The notes under the pieces were generated by a model, which was not told the DNA's origin, made no database searches, and saw only the letters and a program-made list of their open reading frames with translations. A stretch of DNA of 64,000 bases from Zootoca vivipara (taxonomy: Eukaryota), in contig NC_083291.1 in NCBI RefSeq assembly GCF_963506605.1, positions 33,294,001-33,358,000 on the forward strand, given 5' to 3'. The position numbers and the translations under genes are program-made. Shown piece by piece: positions 11,663 to 23,353 of the stretch; positions within the stretch are counted from its first letter, which is position 1; each line of letters opens with the position of its first letter.

Positions 11663-14600
11663 TCATCTAACATAATCCTTCAAATATTTCCTAAACTTAT
11701 TCCATTCTTTTCGGTACCTTTGTTCTTTTTGGTCTCTTAGACTTCCTGTCATTTTGGCCAACTCTAAATATTCTGTCATTTTCTCTCTCCACTCGTCTAC
11801 ACTTGGGACCTCTGGTGTCTTCCACTTTTGGGCTAAGACGATTCTCGCTGCCGTAGTAGCATACATGAAGAGGTTTTGGTCTTCCTTCTTAATCTCCCTC
11901 CCCAGTATACCCAACAGCATTTCTTCAGGTTTCTTTGGGAAAGTGTAACACAATAATCTTTTTAATTCATTGTAGATTAATTCCCAATAGATCTTTACCT
12001 TGTTGCACGTCCACCAAAGATGGTAGAAATCCCCATCTTTTATATTACATTTCCAACATTTCTTATTATTTGTTTTATATATTTTAGCCAGTTTGACGGG
12101 CGTGAGATGCCACCTGTACATCATTTTCATGATGTTTTCCTTCAATATTATACAGGCAGTGAACTTGATCTGGTGGTTCCACAACTTTTGCCATTGATCT
12201 ATATTTATATTATGGCCTAGGTCCACTGCCCACTTAATCATACATTCTTTTGTCGCCTCGTCTTTCGTGTGCCATTCAAGTAAAAGATCATACATTTTGG
12301 ACAGTAGTTTCTCGTTACCTTCCACTAATTCTGATTGGAATTTAGATTTTTTGTTTTCAAATCCGTGGTTCTTCCTATCTTTCATGAACAGGGCATTAAT
12401 TTGATGATACTGCAGCCATCCTATTCCTATTTCTTTTAGTTGTTCATATGGCTTAATTTTCCAGCCTTCTTTCGAGTCTATGAGGATATCATCATACCGC
12501 AACCAATTTGCCTCCATGTTTGTCTTTTTTATACTTAGGACCTCTGTTGGCGACAGCCACCTTGGAGTTTTCCTTTCTAGGAGATGTTTGTTTCTAACCC
12601 AAACCTCATATAGTGGTTTCCTAATTACATGGGTTATAAACCCTTTATGTCCCATTTTTTTCTCATACCAGAGGTAACTGTGCCAACCAAACACGTTGTT
12701 AAACCCCTCGAGGTCCAGGAGGTCAGTATCTTTAAGTGTCACCCATTCTTTCAACCATGTAATACAGGATGCCTCATAATACATTTGGAGATCTGGTAAT
12801 GCGAAACCGCCTCGTTCTTTTTTGTCAATTAGGAGTTTATGTCTTATTCTAGGCGGTTTCCCCTGCCATATATATTTCGAAATCTCCTTTCTCCATTCTG
12901 AGAATTGCCCGGTACCTTTTATAACCGGTACCATCTGAAATAAGAACAGGAACCTTGGCAAAATATTCATTTTCACGGTGGCAATCCTGCCCCATAACGA
13001 CAGCTGTAGATTCTTCCAGATTACCAAGTCCTTTTTAATTTCGTTCCATGTCTTATTATAATTGTCGTTGAACAGATTAATATTTTTGTTGGATAGCCAG
13101 ATTCCCAAATATTTTATCTTTTTAACCGAATCAATACCAAATTTTTCTTGCAACTCAGTCCTTTCACTCTTCGTCAAATTCTTTGTAATCATTTTTGTCT
13201 TTTTCTTATTTAGCTTAAAGCCGGCTAAATTTCCAAATTTTCCCAATTCTCTTAACAACTCTTCCATGCTAGATCTGGGTTCTTCTATCGTTATCACAAG
13301 GTCGTCGGCAAAGGCCCGTTGTTTATATTCTTTATTTCCGACTCTTATCCCCTTTATATCTTTATTTTCTCTTATCTTGTCCATCAGGACCTCTAATACT
13401 AATATGAATAGCAAGGGTGATAAGGGGCACCCTTGCCTCGTACCTTTGGATATATCTATCTCCTCCGATAATGTGTTATTTATAATTAATTTAGCCCTTT
13501 GCTTTGAGTAAATTGCTTCGACGGCCCCTCTAAATTTACATCCCATTCCTCTTCTCTCCATTAATTTCTTCATGAATTTCCAGGGTACATTGTCGAACGC
13601 CTTTTCGGCGTCAACAAATACCAGAGCCGCTTTTTTATCAAATTTCACCTCCAAATATTCAATAATATCGATTACGTTCCTTACGTTGTTTTTCATGTAA
13701 CGACCTGGTAGGAAACCTGATTGCTCTTTGTGTATTATTTCTGACAAAACCTTTTTCAATCTGTTCCCGACAATATCCGCAAATAGCTTATAGTCTAGAT
13801 TTAACAGTGAAATAGGTCTGTAGCTCTTTACATCTAGTAAATCTGAGTTTTCCTTTGGTATTAAGGTTATATGTGCTTCCTCCCAGGATCTAGGTATCTG
13901 TCCTCCATCCAGAATCTCATTCATCATTAATGTCAATATTGGTGTTATTTCGTCTTTCAATTCTTTGTAGTATTTTGCTGTAAACCCGTCTGGGCCAGGA
14001 GCCTTTCCTATTTTCATTCTACTGATTCCTGCCTGCACTTCAGCCGCTGTTATTTGGGCATTTAACATACTGACCTGTTCTTCTGATATTTTACCAAGTT
14101 TACATCCTTCTAGATATACTTCAATCTCTTCCTCCTCTTCTTTCCCTTTCCGATATAAGTCTTCATAAAATTTTTGAAAAGCTTTTCTAATCTCTTTTGG
14201 GTTTCCTGTCACCTTATCTTCCTTCCAAATTCCATGTATGTAGTTTTGCTTTTGTCTTTTCTTAAGTTGCCAGGATAATAGTTTCCCGCATTTATTTGCG
14301 TATTCAAAATTCCTTTGTCTTAACCATTTTAATTTCCATTCTACTTCTTGATTAATTAAGATAGAAAATTGGGTTTGCAACATCTTTATTTCTTGTTTTA
14401 CTTTAGTATCTCCTGGCTTTTTATTCAGTTGTTTTTCGCTCTCAGCGAGTTGTTTCAATAGTTCTTCCTTTTTCTTTTCTCTTTCCTTCTTCTTTATACT
14501 ATTTTGTTGGATTAGGAAACCCCTCATGAAAGCTTTCCCAGCTTCCCACACTGTGTTTATATTTATACCTTTTTTGTGGTTAAAATCCAGAAATTCTTTG

Positions 14601-15388
14601 AATATATCTTTTGCTTTATCTATTATCTCTTGGTCATTGAACAACCCCTCATTCATTCTCCAACGAAATGAGGGCGTCTCCCCTGCTAATTCCAAATATA
14701 TCGGACTATGGTCCGAAAAAGTCCGTGGCTGTATGTCTATTTTTTTGATTTTTGAACTCAGTTCTTGGGATATCCAAATGTAATCTATCCTCCCTGAGCT
14801 TTGATTAGGCTCAGAAAAATGTGAGAATTGTTTTTCGATAGGGTTTTTGAGTCTCCAGCTATCAATTAGACCTAATCTCTCTATCATATTGAAAAATGTT
14901 TTTGGGAGTTTACCCTTCTCATTTATTCTTTTCTTTTCAGTTCTATCTAAACTTGGCATCACTACCCCGTTAAGGTCTCCCATCAATATTACTTTGTCTT
15001 CGAGGTGTTTTGTCAGTGTTTTATCAAGTTTTTTGTAAAAATCCGCCCTCTTCTGATTTGGTGCGTATATACCCACTAGCAGTACCTTTTCCCCCTGCAC
15101 CGTTATGTGTACCCCTACTACCCTGCCCTCTTCATCCTTGAAGAGTAGCTCTGGTTTAAATTTCTCCTTCACATATAATGCCACACCTCTTTTCTTTTTT
15201 TCGTTAGATGAGACAAAACCCAATCCTAATTTTTTATTTCCCAGGATCCTTTCATGCTTCCTTGAAATGTGCGTTTCTTGTAAGCATATAATATCTAATT
15301 TTTCTTTTATCAGCACATATTCTAATTTGTTTCTTTTACTTTTGTTATTTAATCCATTCACATTCCAGGACTTTATTTTCAATGTCAT
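11663..15388 (-). CDS. L1 ORF2p: APE endonuclease + reverse transcriptase + C-terminal CCHC motif (1241 aa)
   Basis: EN motifs SWNVNGLN, LQETH, GIYAPN, GDLN, RIDYI, SDH; RT motifs KAPGPDG, YRPISLLNLDYK, DAEKAFD, GTRQGCPLSPLLF, FADD, KYLG; CWKC..H..WTC. Confidence 0.97.
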   Translation of the reverse strand: MTLKIKSWNVNGLNNKSKRNKLEYVLIKEKLDIICLQETHISRKHERILGNKKLGLGFVSSNEKKKRGVALYVKEKFKPELLFKDEEGRVVGVHITVQGEKVLLVGIYAPNQKRADFYKKLDKTLTKHLEDKVILMGDLNGVVMPSLDRTEKKRINEKGKLPKTFFNMIERLGLIDSWRLKNPIEKQFSHFSEPNQSSGRIDYIWISQELSSKIKKIDIQPRTFSDHSPIYLELAGETPSFRWRMNEGLFNDQEIIDKAKDIFKEFLDFNHKKGININTVWEAGKAFMRGFLIQQNSIKKKEREKKKEELLKQLAESEKQLNKKPGDTKVKQEIKMLQTQFSILINQEVEWKLKWLRQRNFEYANKCGKLLSWQLKKRQKQNYIHGIWKEDKVTGNPKEIRKAFQKFYEDLYRKGKEEEEEIEVYLEGCKLGKISEEQVSMLNAQITAAEVQAGISRMKIGKAPGPDGFTAKYYKELKDEITPILTLMMNEILDGGQIPRSWEEAHITLIPKENSDLLDVKSYRPISLLNLDYKLFADIVGNRLKKVLSEIIHKEQSGFLPGRYMKNNVRNVIDIIEYLEVKFDKKAALVFVDAEKAFDNVPWKFMKKLMERRGMGCKFRGAVEAIYSKQRAKLIINNTLSEEIDISKGTRQGCPLSPLLFILVLEVLMDKIRENKDIKGIRVGNKEYKQRAFADDLVITIEEPRSSMEELLRELGKFGNLAGFKLNKKKTKMITKNLTKSERTELQEKFGIDSVKKIKYLGIWLSNKNINLFNDNYNKTWNEIKKDLVIWKNLQLSLWGRIATVKMNILPRFLFLFQMVPVIKGTGQFSEWRKEISKYIWQGKPPRIRHKLLIDKKERGGFALPDLQMYYEASCITWLKEWVTLKDTDLLDLEGFNNVFGWHSYLWYEKKMGHKGFITHVIRKPLYEVWVRNKHLLERKTPRWLSPTEVLSIKKTNMEANWLRYDDILIDSKEGWKIKPYEQLKEIGIGWLQYHQINALFMKDRKNHGFENKKSKFQSELVEGNEKLLSKMYDLLLEWHTKDEATKECMIKWAVDLGHNINIDQWQKLWNHQIKFTACIILKENIMKMMYRWHLTPVKLAKIYKTNNKKCWKCNIKDGDFYHLWWTCNKVKIYWELIYNELKRLLCYTFPKKPEEMLLGILGREIKKEDQNLFMYATTAARIVLAQKWKTPEVPSVDEWREKMTEYLELAKMTGSLRDQKEQRYRKEWNKFRKYLKDYVR

Positions 15389-15435
15389 ATTTTGTTTTAT
15401 TTATTACTTGTTTATTTATTTATTTTTTACAATAT

Positions 15436-16437
15436 TTAAGTTTGAATCTCCTTATCTAAATCTATCTCTGTATCTACTTCTCCTTCTTCTTCACTGCTTT
15501 TCCCTTCATCCTCCTCTTGTGTCTCTACCTCTTTCTCCTCGCCTCCTATTGCCCCTTCTTCTTTACCTTTTTCCATTCCTAATAGTTGGCCGTACTTCCT
15601 TCCGAACTTGTCAATCTCCTGTTGGTTCCTAAGTATGAATCTTTTGCCCTTAAGGTAGAAGGAGACTCCGTCCGGAATCTCCCATCTGAAGCTTATTCCA
15701 TTCTTTCTTAGAACTGTTGTAAAATCCCGAAATTTTTCCCTCTTGCGCAACATTCTTGTTGGGACTTCCTTGAATACAATTATCTCCCTTCCGTCAATTA
15801 TCAGTTTCCGTAGGAAGCTCTGTCTTAGAATTTCATTTCTCATATACATTGAGTTGAAAATTACTAAGCAGTCTCCCGGTAATTTTTTTGCTTTTGCTTT
15901 GACGGATTTTACCTTGATTCTAAAAGCATTTGTGATGACTGCTTCTATTTCCTCTTTACTTACCCCTAACCATTTTGCAATTTCGGTTGACAGTTTCTCT
16001 TTAATGTTCTCGTCTTTCTCCTCTACCAAACCTCTAAATTTCAAATTAAGTTGTCTCTGTCTTAGTTCCATCAGAGCTAAGCTATCTAAGATTTCCTCCT
16101 TCTCCTTCTTTAGTCTATTAATCTCCTCTCTAAGGCCATCTGTCTCTTTCTTAATTTCTTTCACCTCCTTCTGTACTTTCTTCGAACTTTCTTCTAGACC
16201 TTTGGATTTTGTTGCTACCTCTTCAATTTGTTGGGATAATTCCCCCACAACTTTTTCAAATTTTTGATCGATTGAGTTTTGAATGTCCCCCAATTTTTTT
16301 TCAAGATTCTGTTCACTCTGTCTTATTTCTTTTTTGATCTCAGATAAAAGTCCCTCCCAGTCTCTACCCTCCTCCTGTCTGGAGGGACGCCTGTCTGAGG
16401 GCGTTGCAGTTGTTCTTATGCCTTTTTTATCCCCCAT
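15436..16437 (-). CDS. L1 ORF1p: coiled coil + RRM + CTD nucleic-acid chaperone (333 aa)
   Basis: Heptad-rich N-terminal half, RQRQLNLKFRGLVE RRM start, FTTVLRKNGISFRWEIP CTD; lies upstream of ORF2 across a 47-bp A-rich spacer. Confidence 0.93.
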   Translation of the reverse strand: MGDKKGIRTTATPSDRRPSRQEEGRDWEGLLSEIKKEIRQSEQNLEKKLGDIQNSIDQKFEKVVGELSQQIEEVATKSKGLEESSKKVQKEVKEIKKETDGLREEINRLKKEKEEILDSLALMELRQRQLNLKFRGLVEEKDENIKEKLSTEIAKWLGVSKEEIEAVITNAFRIKVKSVKAKAKKLPGDCLVIFNSMYMRNEILRQSFLRKLIIDGREIIVFKEVPTRMLRKREKFRDFTTVLRKNGISFRWEIPDGVSFYLKGKRFILRNQQEIDKFGRKYGQLLGMEKGKEEGAIGGEEKEVETQEEDEGKSSEEEGEVDTEIDLDKEIQT

Positions 16438-16959
16438 GTTTGTGTGAACTTTTAGCTTTTCAGGCTATCTTTTCCAAACCCCTAAAAGCAAGCACCTTAA
16501 GGGCACCTGAAATGCTCTGGTGACATTTTCAGGGCCAACCGTGACGCATCCTGTTTGCCAAGGGTCCCTTCAGTGCAGATTGAGAATGACACCTGGGTGT
16601 CCTCTCTGGATCATTGCAAAGGAATCCTGGGGAGCACCCCTGAGATATATTGGCAGGCTGCCCCTCCTTGCGCACACTAGTACCCCCAAACTGGAAATGT
16701 GATTGCCAATATTTGGGAATATTGGGCTCTTCTCTCAGATTTGCCTTCACTGGTGTTTGGTGAAAAATTATGAAGACTCTTTAGGGAGGTGAGGAAGGAG
16801 GGCAAACTTCACACATTGTGTTTCATCCCCACTCTCAAATCATTTATTTATTTTTAAAGAGGAGATAAAATGTTTCCCTTTGCCAACAATGAATGATAAC
16901 TGTTGCAAGAATCTAACTTTCTAGCTTTTGTTCTATTATTGTTGTTCACCATAGATGAG

Positions 16960-17520
16960 TGTCTTGCTCTGCAAGGGATTGTATTCTAAAGGGTCAGGTC
17001 CATAGCTTGTTGTGTGGAGCATCTCTTGGGACCATCACTGCCAAGTGATGCAAGTGGCTTTTTTTTGGCACACCTGAGGCTGATATCCCAGCTATGACCC
17101 TACCTGGATGTGGATAACCTGGCTTCGCTGATCCATAAATTCCTGTCTGGATTACCGCAATGCATCATATTTGGGTCTGCCTTTGAAGACGGTCTGGAAA
17201 CTTCAGCCAGTATAAAACATGGCAGTATGAGACCAGGCTATATAAACATACAGTATATCGCTGGTTCTTTCTTGTCTTCACTGGTTTCTGATTCATCTCT
17301 GAGCCCAATTCAAAGTGCTGAAATTGACCATGCAGCCTGGGACTTCAGCATCTAAAGGGACTTTCCCCTAAGATCAAGTGCCACCTCATTCTGAAGCATG
17401 GAGGGTGAGGCCCTTCTCCTCAGTGGTCCCACCCCAGCGGCAGAACGCTCTCTCTAGAAAAGTTCACCTAGCACTTTGAAGGCTTTTCAGCAACAGGCAC
17501 AGACTTTTTAAGGGTGTTTG
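16960..17520 (+). mobile_element. Old L2 fragment (boundaries approximate)
   Basis: Degenerate ctggattaccgcaatgca..ggtctgcctttgaagacggtctggaaacttcag and gcccaattcaaagtgctg, similar to the L2 at 59345. Confidence 0.7.
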
Positions 17521-17576
17521 AACACTCTTTTGCCATCTTCTCATTCTTAATTAGCATGACGTAAGACTGATATTAT

Positions 17577-17934
17577 AGGGACCCAGGTGGCGCTGTGGTT
17601 AAACCACTGAGCCTAGGGCTTGCTGATCAGAAGGTCGGCGGTTCGAATCCCTGTGACGGGGTGAGCTCCCGTTGCTTGGTCCAAGCTCCTGCCAACCTAG
17701 CAGTTCGAAAGCACGTCAAAATGCAGGGTAGATAAATAGGAACCACTACAGTGGGAAGGTAAACGGCATTTCCATGTGCTGCTCTGGTTTGCCAGAAGCG
17801 GCTTTGTCATGCTGGCCACATGACCTGGAAGCTGTACGCCGGCTCCATCGGCCAGTAACGCGAGATGAGTGCGCAACCCCAGAGTCGGTCACGACTGGAC
17901 CTAATGGTCAGGGGTCCCTTTACCTTTACCTTTA
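17577..17934 (+). mobile_element. Full-length Sauria (POM/Squam1-type) SINE
   Basis: tRNA-derived head with B box ggttcgaatcc; BovB-related tail agagtcggtcacgact; (ACCTTT)n end; 10-bp TSD actgatatta (17566-17575 / 17937-17946). Confidence 0.93.
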
Positions 17935-19170
17935 ATACTGATATTAATATTTTGTCTCTGCTTTATCATGGTGGTGTTGCTCTTACATTTTTATCTCTTA
18001 TGAAATGATGTCAGTTCTCCATGTGAACAGGTGAATCTGACTGCAGATTAGCAGTCTGCGCTGTTTTGGACTTTTATTGCAATCTGCATTTTTTTTTGTC
18101 TTTTAGACTTTGTTTAAACTTTTATTGTGCATTGCTCAAACAACTAGCTTGTGGCACAATTAACATATATAAATAGAAAGTATTGCTATTATTCTTTCCA
18201 GTGCTTGTCCAAGCAGGGATCTGACATCCTTTGCTGTGACTAGTATTAGCAATAATAATATCCAGTATTTTTATCTTGCCAAGAGATGCAACAGGTCTTA
18301 ATATAAAACAACCACCCCAAAATCATACAAATGAAACATCCCATAATATATTAAAGCCCCCCCCCAAAGACAAAGTAAAATTTTCATATACAGGAAATTC
18401 CAAAATTCAGCTACAAGATTCATTCAAACACATCCACTTACCTGCCACCAGTTTTCAGAGGGGTCTCCCAATCTGCAGCATCCCTCTCTGGGGAATGATA
18501 AATACTTCCTCTGCCTCTCCCCACATCTTCCAACCAATGATTAACCAATAATCAAAGTAAACATTCATGCAGTCAAGCCGCTGAAGAACTGGTATAGGTA
18601 TGCGAATTTCATGTCCCTTTCCTTCATTTCTTTTCTGGCAGCAAAATGCCCCATGTCAACCTCTAGCTTGCAATGAGATTTATATCTTATAATTATTAGA
18701 ATGAAACCAAAATCTCTGAAGCCCCTGGCGAAGCTCTTAACTGCCCCATGTTCATGCGTGGTTTCCTGCCAACTCCCACGTCATCTTTTTCCTGCCCTTC
18801 CTCTCTCTTACTTGTTGGGGCTTGGCCCTCTGTTTAGCAAATCAGGCCATGGTGGAAAGCACTTCTTTATTTCTGGAGTAACTCATTCTGGTTCAGCTCC
18901 ATTGGCTTCTGTCGCATCTATGCACACTATCTCACCATGCCTTTCGCAGGCGCAAGTGCTCAGAGAATCTAAACTATGCCACATCTGAAGCTTATAAATC
19001 CGGAATGTCGATATCCCCACGCCAATTCCACCTACGAGTCTATCTATTTTGTAACATAGGGAATAGCACGGTTAAATGCACCCAGGAGGAAATGAAGCAG
19101 GAAGAGGTTCTTCCAATCCCTGCTCTGGTGTTAACACAACCTTTGGCCAAAGATGGTCAATGCCAAATGG

Positions 19171-19489
19171 ATAATAATAATAATAATATAATAATAATAA
19201 TAATTTATTATTTATACCCCGCCCATCTGGCCGGGTTCCCCCAGCCACTCTGGGCGGCTTCCAACAAAATATTAAAATACAGAAATCCATCAAACATTAA
19301 AAGCTTCCCTAAACAGGGCTGCCTTGAGATGCCTTCTAAAGGTCTGGTAGTTGTTGTTCTCTTTGACCTCTGGTGGGAGGGCATTCCACAGGGTGGGTGC
19401 CACTACCGAGAAGGCCCTCTGCCTGGTTCCCTGTAACTTGGCTTCTCGTAGCGAGGGAACCGCCAGAAGGCCCTCGGCGGTGGACCTCA
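19171..19489 (-). mobile_element. L2 LINE 3' fragment with (AAT)n tail
   Basis: Near-identical to 6885-7209. Confidence 0.88.
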
Positions 19490-20618
19490 GGGGAAAAAGT
19501 GCTGAATGCAGTACTGGGTGCAGAGCTCAGGTCCCTGAAAATCTCAGCCTTTTCTGGTTAAAGGGCAAGATCCTAGCCTTTAACATTGGGGAGATGTGCT
19601 CGAAAATGTGGACCTCCTGAAGTCTCAGAAGCTGGGGGGATATCTGAGCAAAAGTGTTCACTGGTCAGGGGTCAGCTTTCAGTACCATGATTATGCAAAA
19701 CACAAAGTAAACAAGGACTATCCTGGATGCTTGAGATATTGTGGGTCCACCCACCCACCACACTTCCAGACCCATAACAGCTTCAGATGCTTTTAGCACA
19801 GAGGGCTAACGCACCCAGGAGCCCTTCTGTGATGCAAACACTTACATGATACACCCAACAGCCAAATGAAAGTAAATTCACGGTGATAATGAGGCACCCT
19901 CGGGCTCTGTTCATTTTCCTTCATGTAACTTTCATCACAGCCTCGGTTTTATCCTGCAGTCTCCCAGTATGTGCAGAGCCCCTGATCAAAACCTTAAGAC
20001 AAATGATGCCAGTGGCAAGGCAAGGACGGTCCAACCCTACAGGCTGCCAAGGAACAGACCAATCTGCCTTCAACTGAGTGAGACACCATTGGCCCATTAA
20101 GATCAGTAGTGTTTACGACAGAGCTGGATTTAGGGCAGTGCAGCCAGTCCGTCCGCCCCCCCCCCACACGCTGGGCACTGAGCTGAGAACGGAAGCGCAC
20201 AAGCAGTATGGAAGGCAAGGTGCGGGGGGGGGCACTGAATTTTGGCCTTATAGGGGTGCTGCTGAAATTCGAAAGACTGAAGTCCTATGAGGACTGGCAA
20301 CTGCTCTCCAAGGTTTCAAACAGTGATAGTTCCCTGCTCTTCCTGAAAACGCTGGCAATGGAAGTTGGGTGTGCTTACCACGGAGCAATGGCAGGTGCCT
20401 AGGAGGGCACAGTCAGCTGGCTCTGTGTGTGTGGTCTCATGGATTGCTTCTGCAGAGGATGGTACCCCCTATTCAATAAGATTGCATTCGGAATCCTCAG
20501 TGGCATCACAGATCGCCCAAGGGCATCCTTGCCCCCATTCCACTTGGGGCAATATAAATCCAGGAGCCACCCCCCACCGCCTCCCCAAAAAGAGAGGGAT
20601 TAAGGGACTTCACGGGGA

Positions 20619-21360
20619 CAGAGCCTGGGGCTTGCCGATCGGAAGGTTGGCGGTTCGAATCCCCGCGGCGGGGTGAGATCCCATTGCTCGGTCCCAGCTC
20701 CTGCCAACCCAGCAGTTCAAAAGCACGTCAAAGTGCAAGTAGATAAATAGGTACCGCTACAGCGGGAAGGTGAGAGCTGGACCATAAAGAAGGCTGATCG
20801 CCGAAGAATTGATGCTTTTGAATTATGGTGCTGGAGGAGACTCTTGAGAGTCCCATGGACTGCAAGAAGATCAAACCTATGCATTCTGAAGGAAATCAGC
20901 CCTGAGTGCTCCCTGGAAGGACAGGTCGTGAAGCTGAGGCTCCAATACTTTGGCCACCTCATGAGAAGAGAAGACTCCCTGGAAAAGACCCTGACGTTGG
21001 GAAAGATGGAGGGCACTAGGAGAGGGGGACGACAGAGGACAAGATGGTTGGACAGTGTTCTCGAAGCTACGAACATGAGTTTGACCAAACTGCGGGAGGC
21101 AGTGGAAGACAGGAGTGCCTGGCGTGCTATGGTCCATGGGGTCACGAAGAGTCGGACACGACTAAACAACAACACAGCGGGAAGGTAAACGGCATTTCCG
21201 TGTGCTGCTCTGGTTCACCAGAAGTGGCTTTGTCATGCTGGCCACATGACCTGGAAGCTGTACGCCGGCTCCCTCGAACAGTAAAGTGAGATGAGCGCCG
21301 CAACCTCAGAGTTGTCCGCAACTGGACCTAATGGTCAGGGGTCCCTTTACCTTTACCTTT
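20619..21360 (+). mobile_element. 5'-truncated Sauria SINE interrupted by a BovB fragment
   Basis: SINE body on both sides of 20772-21173; (ACCTTT)n tail; about 17-bp imperfect TSD aagggacttcacgggga / aaggggcttcacaggga. Confidence 0.9.
20772..21173 (+). mobile_element. BovB (RTE clade) LINE 3' fragment
   Basis: ESWTIKKADRRRIDAFELWCWRRLLRVPWTARRSN..LKEISPECSLEG..LQYFGHLMRR..LEKTL.LGK; CAA tail; perfect 13-bp TSD acagcgggaaggt (20759-20771 / 21174-21186). Confidence 0.95.
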
Positions 21361-21779
21361 AAGGGGCTTCACAGGGAGTTCAAAAGCCCAGTCCTACAAT
21401 ATTCAGTTACCAAGGGCAAAAAATTGCTTCAGGTAGCCTGCATTGATGGCTGAGCCACCACATAAAGGACAGCAGTGCACCAAGGCATTTAGAACTTCGT
21501 CTGACTTGCATATTATTCCATAGCCTCTGTCTTTTGCCAGCCAGAGCACATCCCTGCTAAAACGAGGGAAAAGTTCTTTGTGGAATAAATGGCTTTATAC
21601 TGTCTTTATGGTGTTCTATGCTTTATTTTTACCACAGATTGTTGTACACTACCTTGATATTTTATATGAGTTGGTGGTATGGAAATGTTTTAATAAATGT
21701 TTTTTTAAAAAAAAAAAAAACCCCAAAATACCACCCACTCTTGTTCAATTTGGGGCATGGGAACACAGGAAGCTGCTTT

Positions 21780-21945
21780 TTTAGAGAGTCAGACCACTGA
21801 TCCAACTAGCTCCGTATTGTCTGTCCTGGCTGACAGTGGCTCTCTAGGATTTCAGACAGAGGTCTCTCCCTGCCCTACCTGGAGATGCTGGGGATTTAAC
21901 CCAAGACGTGCTGCATGCAAGAAGATGGTCTACCGCTGGGCTTTG
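21780..21945 (-). mobile_element. Old tRNA-derived squamate SINE
   Basis: Minus strand reads agcccagcggtagaccatc...gggttaaatccccagcatctcca (degenerate A/B boxes) followed by a SINE body. Confidence 0.6.
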
Positions 21946-22055
21946 ACATGCATGTCCATCAAAGTTCCTGCTTACCATTATATTATTATTTCTTAAATTT
22001 CCACTCTGTCTATTTTCATTTTTTCAGCCCCCCCCCCATATTAATTTCAGTTCTT

Positions 22056-22520
22056 CACATGGCAGCTAGACTGGTGACTGAGAGTGGCCCCCAAGACCAC
22101 ATAGCACCGGTCCTGAAAGACCTGCATTGGCTCCCAGTATGTTTCCGAGCACAATTCAAAGTGTTGGTGCTGACCTTTAAAGCCCTAAATGGCCTCAGCC
22201 TAGTATACCTGAAGGAGCATCTTCACCCCCATCATTCAGCCCGGACACTGAGGTCCAGTGCTGAGGGCCTTCTGGCAGTTTCCTCACTATGAGAAGTGAG
22301 GTTACAGGGAACCGGGCAGAGGGCCTTCTTTGTGGTGGCGCCCACCCTGTGGAACGCCCTCCCATCAGATGTCAAGGAAATAAACAACTATCTGGCTTTT
22401 AGAAGACATCTGAAGGCAGCCCTGTTTAGGGAAGCTTTTAATGTCTGATGTTTTATCGTGTTTTTAACATTTTTTTGGAAGCTGCCCAGAGTGGCTGGGG
22501 AAACCCAACCAGATGGGCAC

Positions 22521-22572
<52 letters not shown>
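22056..22572 (+). mobile_element. L2 LINE 3' fragment with (AAT)n tail
   Basis: AARLVT..DHIAPVLKDLHWLPVCFRAQFKVLVLTFKALNGL; (AAT)n at about 22523-22573. Confidence 0.92.
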
Positions 22573-22575
<3 letters not shown>

Positions 22576-23119
22576 TTGTTGTTGTTGTCTCCACAATTCT
22601 GAAATTTCCAATCTTGTGTGTTTTTTTTAAAAAAAATCCTCATGAAAATTAAGCAGCTTTTTAGTGGGAATTTCTCCTAATAAGCTTATTTTTGCATGCC
22701 GTTTTGACTAATGTACACACTTAAGCAAGCAGTTTCCTCTAAGATGATGCATCTTTGTACATTGTTTTCATTAATATGTTCATTTTAATATACATTTTCT
22801 CCTAATATGTACAATTTTGTAAGCCCTGGTGGGTTGGAGCACTGCATCATAACATTCAAAGAAGTGCAAATTTCGAAGCATGGCTGTTTTTTGGTTCTCA
22901 TGTTGTTTTGGAAAGTGTGGATTTGGCAGGTTTGGTTTTAACTGCAAGCTGAATTAAATTGACCCCCTGTCGCTGGGTGGGAACACTCAGAGTAATGCTT
23001 CACCAGTAGTTTTGAAATGTACCTGGAATGCTTAAGAAATTTGATCTTTGTGACTTCTGATGTAAACAGAACTGATCTGCATCTCCTGAACTAATGTATG
23101 GATCAGAAGAGAATTATCC

Positions 23120-23353
23120 TTCAGATTTTGCACTTCACATCAAGCTTTGCAATGCAGTTCTCAGTTACTTTGAAGATGTGTATTTTATGATAAACACGTT
23201 TAGAAAGCATGCATTAGAAAAATGCATGTATATATAACACAAAACATGCATTTTTCTAATGCATGCTTTCTAAATGTGTTTATCATAAAATGCAGATCTT
23301 CAAAGTAACTGAGAACTGCACTGCAAAGCTTGATGTGAAGTGCAAACTCTGAA
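23120..23353. repeat. 110-bp inverted repeat with 14-bp spacer
   Basis: Arms 23120-23229 and 23244-23353; about 5 mismatches by manual comparison. Confidence 0.92.

Larger units (their letters stand above)
11224..16513 (-). mobile_element. Young, near-full-length L1 (LINE-1 clade) retrotransposon
   Basis: Two intact ORFs; poly(A) tail (T-run 11224-11242) with AATAAA near 11253-11258; perfect 17-bp TSD gctctggtgacattttc at 11207-11223 and 16514-16530; inferred nick site TTTC/AG resembles the L1 endonuclease consensus TTTT/AA. Confidence 0.97.

Noticed and set aside
11754-16267. Several plus-strand ORFs within the L1
   Set aside because: Antisense shadows of the A-rich L1 ORFs (F/S/L/I-rich).
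17578-17660. tRNA-like A/B boxes (also at about 32323, 44870 and 58150)
   Set aside because: These are tRNA-derived SINE heads followed by SINE bodies and TSDs, not tRNA genes.
20772-21173. BovB as evidence of a new horizontal transfer or contamination
   Set aside because: BovB is an established abundant resident of squamate genomes, and both copies have normal TSDs in local sequence.
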